Assembly: GCA_963675595.2 (NCBI GenBank)
Contig: CAXXLZ010000001.1
Location: 448,001-512,000, forward strand
Reading direction: 5' to 3'
Source of the DNA: Thermodesulfobacteriota bacterium
Lineage (GTDB): Bacteria; Desulfobacterota; Desulfarculia; JACQYL01
Length of the DNA stretch: 64,000 nucleotides
Shown: positions 20,430-30,067 of the stretch, piece by piece
Numbering within the stretch: position 1 is the stretch's first letter
Layout: the number at the start of each line of letters is the position of its first letter
Translations under genes and position numbers: made by a program
The notes under the pieces: model-generated
What the model saw: only the letters and a program-made list of their open reading frames with translations
Told to the model about the DNA's origin: nothing
The model's database searches: none

Positions 20430-21383
20430 ATGACGGTTTCCGGACATGACGAGAACCTGGAAGATCGGTTCTACGAAATTATGGCGGAAGGGTATCGAGA
20501 GGACTCCGTTTACGACTACCTGGTTCTTTTTTCGGGAGGCAAGGACAGCACATATCTGGCGCACCTGTTGAAGAAGGCTCGAGGGAAACGAGTCTGCCTT
20601 TTCACGGTGGAAAACGGTTTCGAGGAATCCGGCTTTTTGCCTCATGTCTTTGAGACCGCGGAGCTGCTTGGTCATGATGTGTACGTGTATCGACCTCCCA
20701 AGGAACGATTCGTTCATCTGTACCGATACCTGATCACGGAACCCGTGCTCCGGTCCATGGACGGGAACCCTTTATGTTTCTTTTGCGGCAGGCATTTTAT
20801 GTCGCTGGGCGTGCGTTTCGCCGAACAATGGAAGATTCCTTTCGTGCTGTATGGTGCGACACCGGACCAAGTGAGTTCGGGGACTCGCCCCAAGACGGCG
20901 AGGGACCTGCGGATCCTGGAAATGGTTTCCGCCAGGGTGTTTGACAAGAATTATGAAAAGATTCGTTCCACCCGGGGGTATTGTGAAGACGCATGGGTGC
21001 GGGAATCCATGGATGCGGTTTTCCATCGTTCTTCCACCGTTCGGCTTCTGTTTCCTTTTCTCTTCGTCGGCTACGACGTGGAAGGAATCAAAGCGGCGCT
21101 GAAACAGGCGTATGGGTGGAAGAATCCATCCGGTTTGTCGGACGACCGATATTTGACGTCGGGGTGCCGGATGGTTGAGTTGTTCGGTGTTCTCGCGCGG
21201 AAAGCGGGGTTCGCTCCTCACGAAAAGGATCAGTTCGAGCGGAATTATCGGGAAGGAACGCTGGGGGAGTCGGCCTACCGTTGGAACCGTGACCTGTTCG
21301 ACGAGATATTGAAGGGAGAAGTGACTCCTCGTGTGAGGGAGCTGGCGGAGGAATTGGGAGTGGAGGACATGCTCCCGGATTGA
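20430..21383 (+). CDS. PP-loop adenine nucleotide alpha-hydrolase (AANH) family enzyme (amidotransferase/thiotransferase-like)
   Basis: YDYLVLFSGGKDSTY PP-loop, LCFFCG (CxxC) and distal TSGC. Confidence 0.8.
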   Translation: MTVSGHDENLEDRFYEIMAEGYREDSVYDYLVLFSGGKDSTYLAHLLKKARGKRVCLFTVENGFEESGFLPHVFETAELLGHDVYVYRPPKERFVHLYRYLITEPVLRSMDGNPLCFFCGRHFMSLGVRFAEQWKIPFVLYGATPDQVSSGTRPKTARDLRILEMVSARVFDKNYEKIRSTRGYCEDAWVRESMDAVFHRSSTVRLLFPFLFVGYDVEGIKAALKQAYGWKNPSGLSDDRYLTSGCRMVELFGVLARKAGFAPHEKDQFERNYREGTLGESAYRWNRDLFDEILKGEVTPRVRELAEELGVEDMLPD

Positions 21384-22447
21384 CGGCGAGGTCCATGGGA
21401 GGAGTGACGGAATTGGCGCAAAGCGACGTGCCTCCATTAGATAAGAAAGTTGTTTCCGCCCAATTGCAGGTGGTGGGAGATGTGGTCGGGGCCTGGAAGG
21501 CCCAGGTGTTGATGACCCTTTTCCGGCTGGGGGTATTCGAAGAACTGCGGGAAGGCCCCCGGAACGGCCCGTTCCTGTCGTCCCGCCTGGGCTTGCCCCT
21601 GGAATCCCTGACACGTCTATTGGAATGCGGCTCGGATTTGGGGTACTTGAAAAAGCTGGAAGATCGATACGAGAATGTGGAGGCGACGTCCTCCGTCCTG
21701 CTGGAAGGCAGTGCCGGATACCTGGGAAACTGGCTGAACCTGGCGTCGAGATGGTACCACTCCTTCGGCCGTCTGGAGGAGGCCGTTCGGCAGGGAAAAG
21801 CCGTGGAGAACGCCAACGAGCCTGAGGACTCTTCATATCGGGATGATTTTGTTCGCGGCATGATCGATTTCGCCCGATACCGGGGAAGAGAAGTCGTGGA
21901 CTATCTGGACTTGGATGGAAAGCATCATCTTCTCGACGTGGGATGCGGTCCGGGTGTTTATTCGGCGCTCTTCGCGGAACATCACCCTGAGCTTCGCTGC
22001 ACCGCCGTCGACTTGCCCGATGCCCTGGTTTCAGCGGAAGAGTACGTGAGAAGCCGCGGCCTCGAAGATCGTGTACGCCTGGAAGCGTGCGATTACCTGA
22101 CTTCCGAATTCCCCGGGAAGGAATACGACGTGGTGTTCCTCTCCCACGTTCTGCACCAGCAGAACCGGGAGGAGTGCCTGGATTTGCTTCGCAAGAGCCG
22201 GGACGTTTTGAAGAGCGGCGGACTGGTGGTGGTTCAGGCCATGTTCGGTGAAGAAGGCGGATGGGGTTCCAAGTACGCTTCTCTTCATGACCTGTTGAGC
22301 CTTCTGGTGTTCCCGGGCGGGAAAAACCATTCGGTCGCGGACACCATGCACTGGATGGAGCTAACGGGTTTTCGGAATACGGCGCACCGGAAGATGTCCG
22401 TGTTCAACTCCAATTCGCTGGTGATCGGCGAAAAGCCTCGGAATTGA
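21380..22447 (+). CDS. SAM-dependent methyltransferase (O-/C-methyltransferase family 2 with dimerisation domain)
   Basis: LGVFEEL dimerisation helix, LLDVGCGPG, VDLP, YDVVFLSHVLH, LKSGG. Confidence 0.9.
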   Translation: MTARSMGGVTELAQSDVPPLDKKVVSAQLQVVGDVVGAWKAQVLMTLFRLGVFEELREGPRNGPFLSSRLGLPLESLTRLLECGSDLGYLKKLEDRYENVEATSSVLLEGSAGYLGNWLNLASRWYHSFGRLEEAVRQGKAVENANEPEDSSYRDDFVRGMIDFARYRGREVVDYLDLDGKHHLLDVGCGPGVYSALFAEHHPELRCTAVDLPDALVSAEEYVRSRGLEDRVRLEACDYLTSEFPGKEYDVVFLSHVLHQQNREECLDLLRKSRDVLKSGGLVVVQAMFGEEGGWGSKYASLHDLLSLLVFPGGKNHSVADTMHWMELTGFRNTAHRKMSVFNSNSLVIGEKPRN

Positions 22448-22451
22448 TCGC

Positions 22452-23594
22452 ATGGACCTCGAACCGAAACAATCCGAGCAGGACCGAATCCGGGAAATCC
22501 GGCGGATCTGCGGGGAATATCTGGAACCCCTTGCATCGGCCATGGACCGCTCGGCTGATTTCCCTTTGGAAACCCTGAAGCTTCTGGGTGAATTCGGCTT
22601 CTTGGGTCTTCAGGTTCCGGAGGAATACAAAGGCTGCTTCTCAGGGGATGCGTATTATTACTCGGTCATCGAAGCCATGGCCGAAACGAGTCCGGCGCAT
22701 GCGCTCACCGTGATTTCTCATTCCTTGTGCTGTCGCTTGATCAGGGACTTCGGCACGGATTCCCAGAAAGCGGCCTATCTGTCCGGCCTGGCCACGGGCC
22801 GGATCATGGGCGCCGTATGCATGACCGAAGCGGGAGCGGGATCGGATTTGAACTCCATACGAACTCGGGCGGTAAAGCGAAAGAACCGCTACGTGATTGA
22901 TGGGCGAAAGCTCTTTATCACCAACGGCGGTTTCGCGGACGTCTTCGTGGTCCTGGCGTCTACGTCGGATCAAGACGGGCCCTTTACCAAGAGTCTGTTT
23001 ATTGTTCCTAAAACGTCCAAGGGTATCCGTTCGGGGAAAAAAGAGATGAAGCTGGGCTTCCGGGGAGCGGATACTCGAGAAGTGATTCTGGACGGAGTGG
23101 ACGTGCGGTCGGACCTTCTGCTGGGCCGGGAAGGAAACGGATTGATCCAGATGGCGCGTGCCATGGAAGGATCGCGATTGGCCGTGGCGGCCATGGCCTT
23201 GGGACTTGCGGAACGGTCTCGGCGGCTGGCGCTGAAAAGCGTTCGATTCCAGGAAAAAGACGGGACTTCCGAGGCGGTGCTGGAGGGTCATCGAATGCTG
23301 TTGGCGGAGACGGCCACGGAGATCATGTGCGTGCGTTTGCTGATCAAAAGGGCCGCGGAAGTCCAGGCGGAAGGAAAACCCGTCACGGACCTGGCGGCCA
23401 TGGCCAAATGGTTTTCCGCCGAAACGGCGATGCGGGCCGCATCGAATACGCTCCAAATCTTGGCGATGACGGAGGACCGCCACCACCGGGAAGCGGAGCG
23501 GCTCTTTCGGGACGCCAAGTTGTGCGGCATCATCGAAGGCACCACGGAAATCCAGAAAAAGATCGTGGCCCGCTTCGCATTTACGGGTGATTGA
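22452..23594 (+). CDS. Acyl-CoA/acyl-ACP dehydrogenase
   Basis: CMTEAGAGSD, GRKLFITNG, KLGFRG, AMAKWF, FRDAK, IIEGTTEIQ (catalytic Glu retained). Confidence 0.93.
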   Translation: MDLEPKQSEQDRIREIRRICGEYLEPLASAMDRSADFPLETLKLLGEFGFLGLQVPEEYKGCFSGDAYYYSVIEAMAETSPAHALTVISHSLCCRLIRDFGTDSQKAAYLSGLATGRIMGAVCMTEAGAGSDLNSIRTRAVKRKNRYVIDGRKLFITNGGFADVFVVLASTSDQDGPFTKSLFIVPKTSKGIRSGKKEMKLGFRGADTREVILDGVDVRSDLLLGREGNGLIQMARAMEGSRLAVAAMALGLAERSRRLALKSVRFQEKDGTSEAVLEGHRMLLAETATEIMCVRLLIKRAAEVQAEGKPVTDLAAMAKWFSAETAMRAASNTLQILAMTEDRHHREAERLFRDAKLCGIIEGTTEIQKKIVARFAFTGD

Positions 23595-23731
23595 TCGCGG
23601 CGCACATTGCAGTAACGAGGGACACGGCGCGAAGCATCGCATCGTGTTAACCGACGGCCCACCAATAGGTGGCCGGCCCTTGACGAACACCGGAGGCGCG
23701 TACGGCTGCGAATAAGGACGGGAACGACTCG

Positions 23732-25300
23732 TTGCATTCAACGGTCTCCTTCTTGGAGGACGCCGCCGAGGAATATTCGGGAAAGACCGCATTGATGGGA
23801 GCCGGTCGAAAGACCACCTATGCGGAGTTGCGGGCCGGCGCCCGCCGGTTTTCGGAGGCTCTTCAAAGCGGGGGGGTGAAGCCCGGGGCCAGAGTCGTGC
23901 TGAGCTTCACCCGTGAAACGGAATTCGTCCAAGCCTATTGGGGAGCCCTTCTGGCTTCGGCGATTCCCGTGTTGGTGAGCGCGGCGATGCCTCCCTCCAA
24001 GCTGGAATACGTGATCAACGACTCGGGCGCGGCAGCCTTCGTTGGTGCCGAGGCCGCGTTCAAGGCACTGCCCGAGCCTCCCTCGTCGCTGAAGACCGCT
24101 TTGCTGATTTGTGGAGGCGCGGGTGGGCCGGAGAGAGGCTTCCAAATCGAGATTCCGAACAGCGGCGTGAATGTGCATCGGCCGGACGGGGGGGCCCCGG
24201 AATCTCCCGGTGAACGGGAAGGGATTCCGGGATTCACCTGTATTTACACTTCGGGAACCACGGGCCGACCCAAGGGGGTCATGCTTTCGGCAACCAACAT
24301 CCGGTACGGAACCCGCATGATCCGGGAGTTCTTGGCCCTCGGTCCGGAAGACCGGAGCCTTCCGGCCATGCCGTTCACCCATTGTGCCGGACTGCTCCAC
24401 CTCCTCGCCCTTCTCGAGACGGGGGGGGCGGTGGTCACGGGATTTGCACCGGCATTGCCCGGTTCTTTCCTCAACGCCGTGAGGGATTTGAAGGTGACCG
24501 TCCTGCCGGTGGTTCCGGCGATGATGACCTTGCTTCTCAGCCGTTACGGAAGAGACCTGCCGGAGCGGTGTCGATCCCTCAGGGTGATGGAGTTCTCCAG
24601 CGCTCCGTTGGCGCCGTCCCTGGTGCGGGAGGTTCGCGGACTGCTTCCGCAGGTTGATCTGTTCAATACTTACGGCCTCACCGAGGCACCCAGAATCACC
24701 TACGCCCGCCTCGAAAGCGAAGAGGGCGACGAGGACCATGTGGGACGGGTGAATCCGGAGCTGACCGTGTTCATCGACCGATCCGCAAACCCTTCCGACA
24801 AGGTGGGGGAGGTTTGCGCGCAAGGGCCCAATGTGGCCGAGGGCGGCTATTGGAACGGTTCCGCGGGCGGTGACGCGCGGTTTTCTTCCAACGGGTTCCG
24901 CACCGGTGACTTAGGTTGGCTGGATGAGGAGAACCGGTTGCATCTCGCCGGGAGATCCGACGATCTGTTCAAGGTGGGAGGAGAAAACGTCTATCCGGAG
25001 GAGATCGAACGGGTCATTTCGTCAATGAAGGGGATATCGGACGCACGGATCGATGCGGTCGAAGACCCCTTGCTCGGCACGCGCATCGTTGCACGCGTGG
25101 TCGGATGTTCCCCCGAAGTGACCGCGAAAGCCGTTTCCGCGTATTGCCTGCGTCATCTCGAACGCTTCAAGGTCCCTTCCCGGATCGATTTTGTCGAAGA
25201 AATTCCACGGACGGAGTCGGGCAAGCACTCCCGGTCCCGGTCTCGTGTTGACTCGGACCCCTGCAGGTTCGGCGGATCCAACGGGAACGGGTCGGCCTAG
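23732..25300 (+). CDS. AMP-dependent acyl/aminoacyl ligase (stand-alone adenylation enzyme) 1
   Basis: YTSGTTGRPKG, YGLTE, FRTGD, GRSDD, PRTESGK. Confidence 0.93.
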   Translation: MHSTVSFLEDAAEEYSGKTALMGAGRKTTYAELRAGARRFSEALQSGGVKPGARVVLSFTRETEFVQAYWGALLASAIPVLVSAAMPPSKLEYVINDSGAAAFVGAEAAFKALPEPPSSLKTALLICGGAGGPERGFQIEIPNSGVNVHRPDGGAPESPGEREGIPGFTCIYTSGTTGRPKGVMLSATNIRYGTRMIREFLALGPEDRSLPAMPFTHCAGLLHLLALLETGGAVVTGFAPALPGSFLNAVRDLKVTVLPVVPAMMTLLLSRYGRDLPERCRSLRVMEFSSAPLAPSLVREVRGLLPQVDLFNTYGLTEAPRITYARLESEEGDEDHVGRVNPELTVFIDRSANPSDKVGEVCAQGPNVAEGGYWNGSAGGDARFSSNGFRTGDLGWLDEENRLHLAGRSDDLFKVGGENVYPEEIERVISSMKGISDARIDAVEDPLLGTRIVARVVGCSPEVTAKAVSAYCLRHLERFKVPSRIDFVEEIPRTESGKHSRSRSRVDSDPCRFGGSNGNGSA

Positions 25301-25302
25301 GC

Positions 25303-26247
25303 ATGGTCGTCGATTTCCACGTTCATTTATTCGACCACGACTGGCTCCCTCGTCGTTGGTGGAAGGCCATGGAGGACTTTCACGAGCGGAGAGGCCCGAT
25401 CAAAGGCCTGGGCAAACCTTTCGATATGGGAGAATACTGCGATCCCTCGGGCGAACGTTTAGTCCGGGAGATGGATGAGGCAGGCATCGACCACAGCGTG
25501 GTGTTTCCTTTGGACGTGGGTCTACTGCTGGGAGAGCCCCCGGTTTCCATACGGAAGCAGAACGAACTCCTCGCGGATGTGGCCCGCAGGTATCCTTCAA
25601 GGATTACGGCCTTTTTCGGAGTGGATCCACGAAGACCAGGGGCCGTTGAATGGATCGAAGCCGGCATCCGAGAGTGGGGCATGGGAGGCGTGAAATTTCA
25701 TCCGGGCTCGGGGTTTCACCTAAGTCGGGAGGAGTTCTTTCCCGTGCTGGAACGAATCGCCGATCTCGGGGTCCCTTTGGTAACGCATACCGGACCCGCT
25801 TTCGGACCTCTGGACGGCAGCGGCTGCGATCCCATGGAACTCGACAAGGCTTTGGGACGCATTCCCGGGCTCAAGATCGTGGCCGCCCATCTGGGCGGTG
25901 GACGGGTGGACGAGCTGTGCTGGTTGGGCGCCATGAAGGAAAGTCTTTATGCGGACATCTCCCTCCGGCAGCTCGAATGTCGCCGGAACCCCGAGGCGTT
26001 CGCTGAGACATTGAGAAAGGCCCTGGATTTCATGGGGCCCGACCGGATTCTATTCGGTACGGACTGGCCGTTTTCCCGAAAGGCGATGGCGGCGGGAGCG
26101 TATGTTCGAGCTCTTCGGGAGTTTTCCCGCGGCTCGTCGGCCGTTCTGCTCTCCGGTGAAATCAAACGATTGCTGGGGGGTAACGCCCTCCGGCTTCTGG
26201 GAAAAAAAGGAGAGGCTCTTCAGCGTGGATATCGAGTCGACACGTGA
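25303..26247 (+). CDS. Amidohydrolase family 2 metalloenzyme
   Basis: DFHVH, GVKFHP, HTG, AAHLG, ILFGTDWP, GGNA. Confidence 0.88.
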   Translation: MVVDFHVHLFDHDWLPRRWWKAMEDFHERRGPIKGLGKPFDMGEYCDPSGERLVREMDEAGIDHSVVFPLDVGLLLGEPPVSIRKQNELLADVARRYPSRITAFFGVDPRRPGAVEWIEAGIREWGMGGVKFHPGSGFHLSREEFFPVLERIADLGVPLVTHTGPAFGPLDGSGCDPMELDKALGRIPGLKIVAAHLGGGRVDELCWLGAMKESLYADISLRQLECRRNPEAFAETLRKALDFMGPDRILFGTDWPFSRKAMAAGAYVRALREFSRGSSAVLLSGEIKRLLGGNALRLLGKKGEALQRGYRVDT

Positions 26248-26482
26248 ATCGGTTTATAGGTTTATACGGGATGAAATGAACCATGGAGAGGAGTTTCCTC
26301 TGGAGACCGACCTGATTCAACAGGGGCTGATCGACTCCATGGGCGTGATGAAACTTATCGGCTTCCTTGAAACGACCTTCGGCATCCAGATCGAATTGGA
26401 CCGGGTAAGCGCGGAGCATTTTCAGTCCGTGGGGGCCGTGGCGGATCTGGTGGCCTCATGCGAGAAGGGCGAGACTGCGTGA
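26225..26482 (+). CDS. Stand-alone acyl/aminoacyl carrier protein
   Basis: DLIQQGLIDSMGVMKLIGFLETTFGI. GTG start at 26225 after AGGAGAGG; the ORF-track start at 26102 is likely too long. Confidence 0.88.
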   Translation: MDIESTRESVYRFIRDEMNHGEEFPLETDLIQQGLIDSMGVMKLIGFLETTFGIQIELDRVSAEHFQSVGAVADLVASCEKGETA

Positions 26483-26751
26483 TGATGGAAAGAGAAGGGG
26501 TCCTTGCCCTGATCGAAGAGTTTATCAGGGATACGTGCAACATCCCGGCAGACACTCCCGGATTCACCAGATCGTGCGATCTTTTTGAGGAAGGGTTCGT
26601 GGATTCCATGGCCCTGGTGAGGCTCGTCGCTTTCCTGGAATCCGAATTCGATGTTGAAATCGAAGAAGAGAATTTATTCGACGAGCGCTTCCTGACCATC
26701 GAAGGACAGGGAGACTTGGTCCTGGAACTGAAGAATTCAGTGGGGCGGTAA
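26482..26751 (+). CDS. Stand-alone acyl/aminoacyl carrier protein
   Basis: DLFEEGFVDSMALVRLVAFLESEFDV. TGATG coupling to the previous ACP. Confidence 0.88.
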   Translation: MMEREGVLALIEEFIRDTCNIPADTPGFTRSCDLFEEGFVDSMALVRLVAFLESEFDVEIEEENLFDERFLTIEGQGDLVLELKNSVGR

Positions 26752-27073
26752 GGCGAGGACGGAAGAACGTCCGAGCCTGTCATGAGTTCGCTGCACCCCC
26801 GATAGGATGCGCGTTTGGGTCGTCCTTGGACGCTTCCATGAGCCTCGTCCTCGATTTGGAGCCTCGGTCCCGTGAGGGCGGGCCATAGTCCCCGTCCTGC
26901 GCGCAAGAACACACAGATACCGAGAGTCCCCTTAGGATACGGCGGAGTTGGGAGAACAGTCACGATTCCGGCGTCCGATTCTTTCCTGATGGATGTTTCA
27001 AATGTATTATTCCCCGACCACTCCGTGGACGCGCACCTGAAAGGGTTCATGGCAAGCTGTGGTGAGGTCATCC

Positions 27074-30067
27074 ATGTCGGCTGACATGAGTCACCGGGAC
27101 ATTGCCGTCATCGGCATGGCGTTTCGTTTGCCCGGAGGAGACGATCCGGAGGTTTTCCGGGATCGGCTTCTTGCGTCGGAAGACTGCCTGGGAACGTGGC
27201 CGGATTCCATCCGCAGCGGTGCGCGGGGTCCCGTGAGGCCTGCCGGAATCATCCAAGGAGTCGACCTGTTCGACGCTGCGTATTTTGGAATCGCTCCTCG
27301 CGAAGCCGCCTTGACGGATCCAAGGCGGCGTTTGGTTCTCGAGATGTCCGCCACCGCGCTGGAGACCTGCGGCTATGGAGGAGATCGTCTTCGAGGTTCC
27401 GACACCGGGGTGTTCCTCGGCGTGAGCAACAATGGAGACTACGGCACCGGGGGCGCCGCCGGGGGCTTGGGAGCACTCAACGTATCGGACGCCATGATCG
27501 CTCACGAGGTGTCCCGATTCTTTGATTTCACGGGACCCAGCCAGGTGGTGGACACCCTCTGTTCTTCGGCCTTGGCGGCGGTGCACCAAGCCTGTTGCGC
27601 CTTGCGGGAAGGTCGTTGCTCAACGGCTCTGGCCGGAGGCGTCAGCCTGCTTCTTTCGGTGAGTCATTTCGAAGCCCTGGAAGGCATGGGACTGCTGTCG
27701 CGATCCGGAAAATGTCGAACCTTCGACGTGGATGCCGACGGATTCGTCCTGGGAGAAGGCGTGGGCGTGTTTCTCCTGAAGTCTTTGAAAGCCGCACTTC
27801 GAGACGGGGACCCGCTTTGGGGCGTGATCAAAGGCGGTGCCGTGGCTTTCAACGGGCGTGGAGAACACCCCTTGGCCCTGCGTGCCGAAGCGGTGGAGCG
27901 AGTGGTGACGCGGGCCATGAGGGACGCGGGGACCGCTCCGGCCGCCATCTCCTTTATCGAAACCGCCGGAACCGGGACCCCCATGGGAGACGCCGCCGAG
28001 GTTCGAGGGCTGCGTTCGGCCTTTGGTTCCGCGGTCGGTAAGGCACCTTTCTGTGGATTGGGAGCCGTGAAGACCCGTGTGGGCAACCTCGAAGCGGCCT
28101 CGGGGATTGCCGCACTGGTAAAGACTTTGTTGATGATGCGGGGGAAATTCATTGCGGCGAACCTGAACTTCCATCGTGTGAATCCGCTTATCCGGCTCAA
28201 AGGATCGCCCTTCCGTCTCTGCAACGAGCTCGACGAATGGACGACGGCCAACCGGGCGCCCAGGAGGGCGGGAGTTTCCGCTTTGGGCATAGGAGGAGCT
28301 CATTACCACCTGATCCTGGAGGAGCCGCCTTCGGAAGGGTTTACCCTGGGACCGAGTCGACCGCGAACATCCGAGCCGCTCTTGCTGTGCCTTTCGGCCG
28401 GGAGCCTTTTCCAACTCAGAGAGCTTTGCCGCAGGTACCGGCGCAGGCTCGAGGATCTTTCGGAATGCACGCCCGAGGAGCTTTGTCACACCCACAACAC
28501 CGGAAGCGGAGATCTGCCGGTTCGGCTGGCCTTGACCGCCCGAGACGGGGAGGAACTTATTGGCCTTCTGAAGCGGGGCGAGTTCGACGACCCCGTGCCC
28601 CGACACGGTTTGGAGGGCATGTTCTTCCACGACGGTTACGCTGGGGATATCCGAAGGAAACGGAACCCCCTCAAAGATCTTCGTTCTCCGAGCGGTGAGG
28701 GCGGGCGGGCCGATCCCGAACGCCTTGCCGGACGAACCGGACTGATTCAGGGTGATTTGGTGTCGTGCGAACATCCCGAGACTGCACTCCAATCCATCGG
28801 CGTTTCGCTCGGTGAATGGGGGGTCAGGGTGGGCCCTTCGATAAGCGCTGCGGCCGGCGACACGCAGCCCGACGCCGAGGCGATGGTGCCGGACCGCCTG
28901 CGCGAATGCGTCTCCCGAGGTATTCGCACTTTTGTAACCATGGGGCTGTCGGACGATTTTCGCAACCGGATTTCGGAAGAGGTGCCGGAAGCGTTTCTGA
29001 TTCCGTGGCCCGGCTCGGGCGCCGATCTTATGGAGCGCAGGCGTCTCGCGGCCGCACTTTACGCACATGGCGCCCGTCTCGATTTCGAAATGCTTCAGGG
29101 GAGCGGCAACCTTCGCAAAGCGATGTTGCCGCCGTACCCTTTTGCCCGGAAATCTTTTTGGAGAACGGCTCCCGATGATGGGCTGCATAAGGCTTCGCCG
29201 GCCGGGACTTGTGCTGCGGAGAGGATTTCACCTGAAGACCTCGCCGGGATGCCCCCATCGGAGTTGAAGGAACGGGTGGAGGGCTTTCTGAGGGAGGCGG
29301 CCTGCGAAAGCGCGGGCTTGGATTGCGGGAAAGAAGAGATCGTGCTCTTCTCGGATTGGTGCTTGGACTCACTGGCGCGCGTTCAACTCGCCCGTCGGGT
29401 CGAGTCTCGGTTCGGAGTCCGCATTGACCTTCAGGCGTTTCTGCGGCATGACCACGTGGCTCTGCTGGCCGAATACGTGGTGGGCCGGATTCGGTATGGG
29501 AGCGTGGAAAAGCCCGTGGAGCCCCGAGAGGATGATCATCGGGCTCGGGTCATCCTGGAGACGGCTTCCGCCGCTCATTGGGAGGCGGTGCGTGCCTGGC
29601 TGAACGACGAGGGAGTCAACCAGTGGCTGGATCCGTTTTTCCAGGAAGGATTCGGCGCTCGAGAATACGCCTACTTCCTGAAACAACGGGATCGGAATAC
29701 CTGGGTCATCGTGGAGGACGGAATTCCGGTGGGAATCTGCGGGCTGGTCCAGGTGGACCTGCGCAACCTCGGCGCGGAAACCTGGATCGTGGTGGGCGAC
29801 CTCTCGGCGCGTCTCAGGGGTGCGGCCGTTGCCGCGGGCGAAGCTTTGTGTGGAAAGGCGTTTCTTGAATTGGGCCTAAGAACCTTGAACGCCAAGGTGA
29901 GATGGGACAATGTTCCCGCCTTGGAAATGACGGAGTACTCGGGTTGGAGGCGGGTGGGCACCCTTAGAAACTCCCTGAAGGTGGGAGATGCCTTCCACGA
30001 CAGGGAGCTTTTCGAACTGACCCGTGAGGATTTCGAGGACCGGCGGAATCGAGGCGAAACTCCATGA
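27074..30067 (+). CDS. Type I PKS-like protein: KS0 - eroded AT - ACP - C-terminal GNAT (RimJ/RimL-like)
   Basis: KS has TDPRRR, DTLCSSA, ETAGTGT and KTRVGNLE. Then LPPYPFARKSFW and an ACP (WCLDSL). The C-terminus (AFLELGLRTLNAKV..DN..ALEMTEYSGWRRVGTLR) is typical of RimL-type GNATs. Confidence 0.88.
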   Translation: MSADMSHRDIAVIGMAFRLPGGDDPEVFRDRLLASEDCLGTWPDSIRSGARGPVRPAGIIQGVDLFDAAYFGIAPREAALTDPRRRLVLEMSATALETCGYGGDRLRGSDTGVFLGVSNNGDYGTGGAAGGLGALNVSDAMIAHEVSRFFDFTGPSQVVDTLCSSALAAVHQACCALREGRCSTALAGGVSLLLSVSHFEALEGMGLLSRSGKCRTFDVDADGFVLGEGVGVFLLKSLKAALRDGDPLWGVIKGGAVAFNGRGEHPLALRAEAVERVVTRAMRDAGTAPAAISFIETAGTGTPMGDAAEVRGLRSAFGSAVGKAPFCGLGAVKTRVGNLEAASGIAALVKTLLMMRGKFIAANLNFHRVNPLIRLKGSPFRLCNELDEWTTANRAPRRAGVSALGIGGAHYHLILEEPPSEGFTLGPSRPRTSEPLLLCLSAGSLFQLRELCRRYRRRLEDLSECTPEELCHTHNTGSGDLPVRLALTARDGEELIGLLKRGEFDDPVPRHGLEGMFFHDGYAGDIRRKRNPLKDLRSPSGEGGRADPERLAGRTGLIQGDLVSCEHPETALQSIGVSLGEWGVRVGPSISAAAGDTQPDAEAMVPDRLRECVSRGIRTFVTMGLSDDFRNRISEEVPEAFLIPWPGSGADLMERRRLAAALYAHGARLDFEMLQGSGNLRKAMLPPYPFARKSFWRTAPDDGLHKASPAGTCAAERISPEDLAGMPPSELKERVEGFLREAACESAGLDCGKEEIVLFSDWCLDSLARVQLARRVESRFGVRIDLQAFLRHDHVALLAEYVVGRIRYGSVEKPVEPREDDHRARVILETASAAHWEAVRAWLNDEGVNQWLDPFFQEGFGAREYAYFLKQRDRNTWVIVEDGIPVGICGLVQVDLRNLGAETWIVVGDLSARLRGAAVAAGEALCGKAFLELGLRTLNAKVRWDNVPALEMTEYSGWRRVGTLRNSLKVGDAFHDRELFELTREDFEDRRNRGETP

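Noticed and set aside
27620-29188. 522-aa minus ORF (also 12405-13532, 22641-23792, 30418-31767, 51046-51951)
   Set aside because: They lie antisense to well-supported genes and have no motifs; such ORFs are expected at this GC content.
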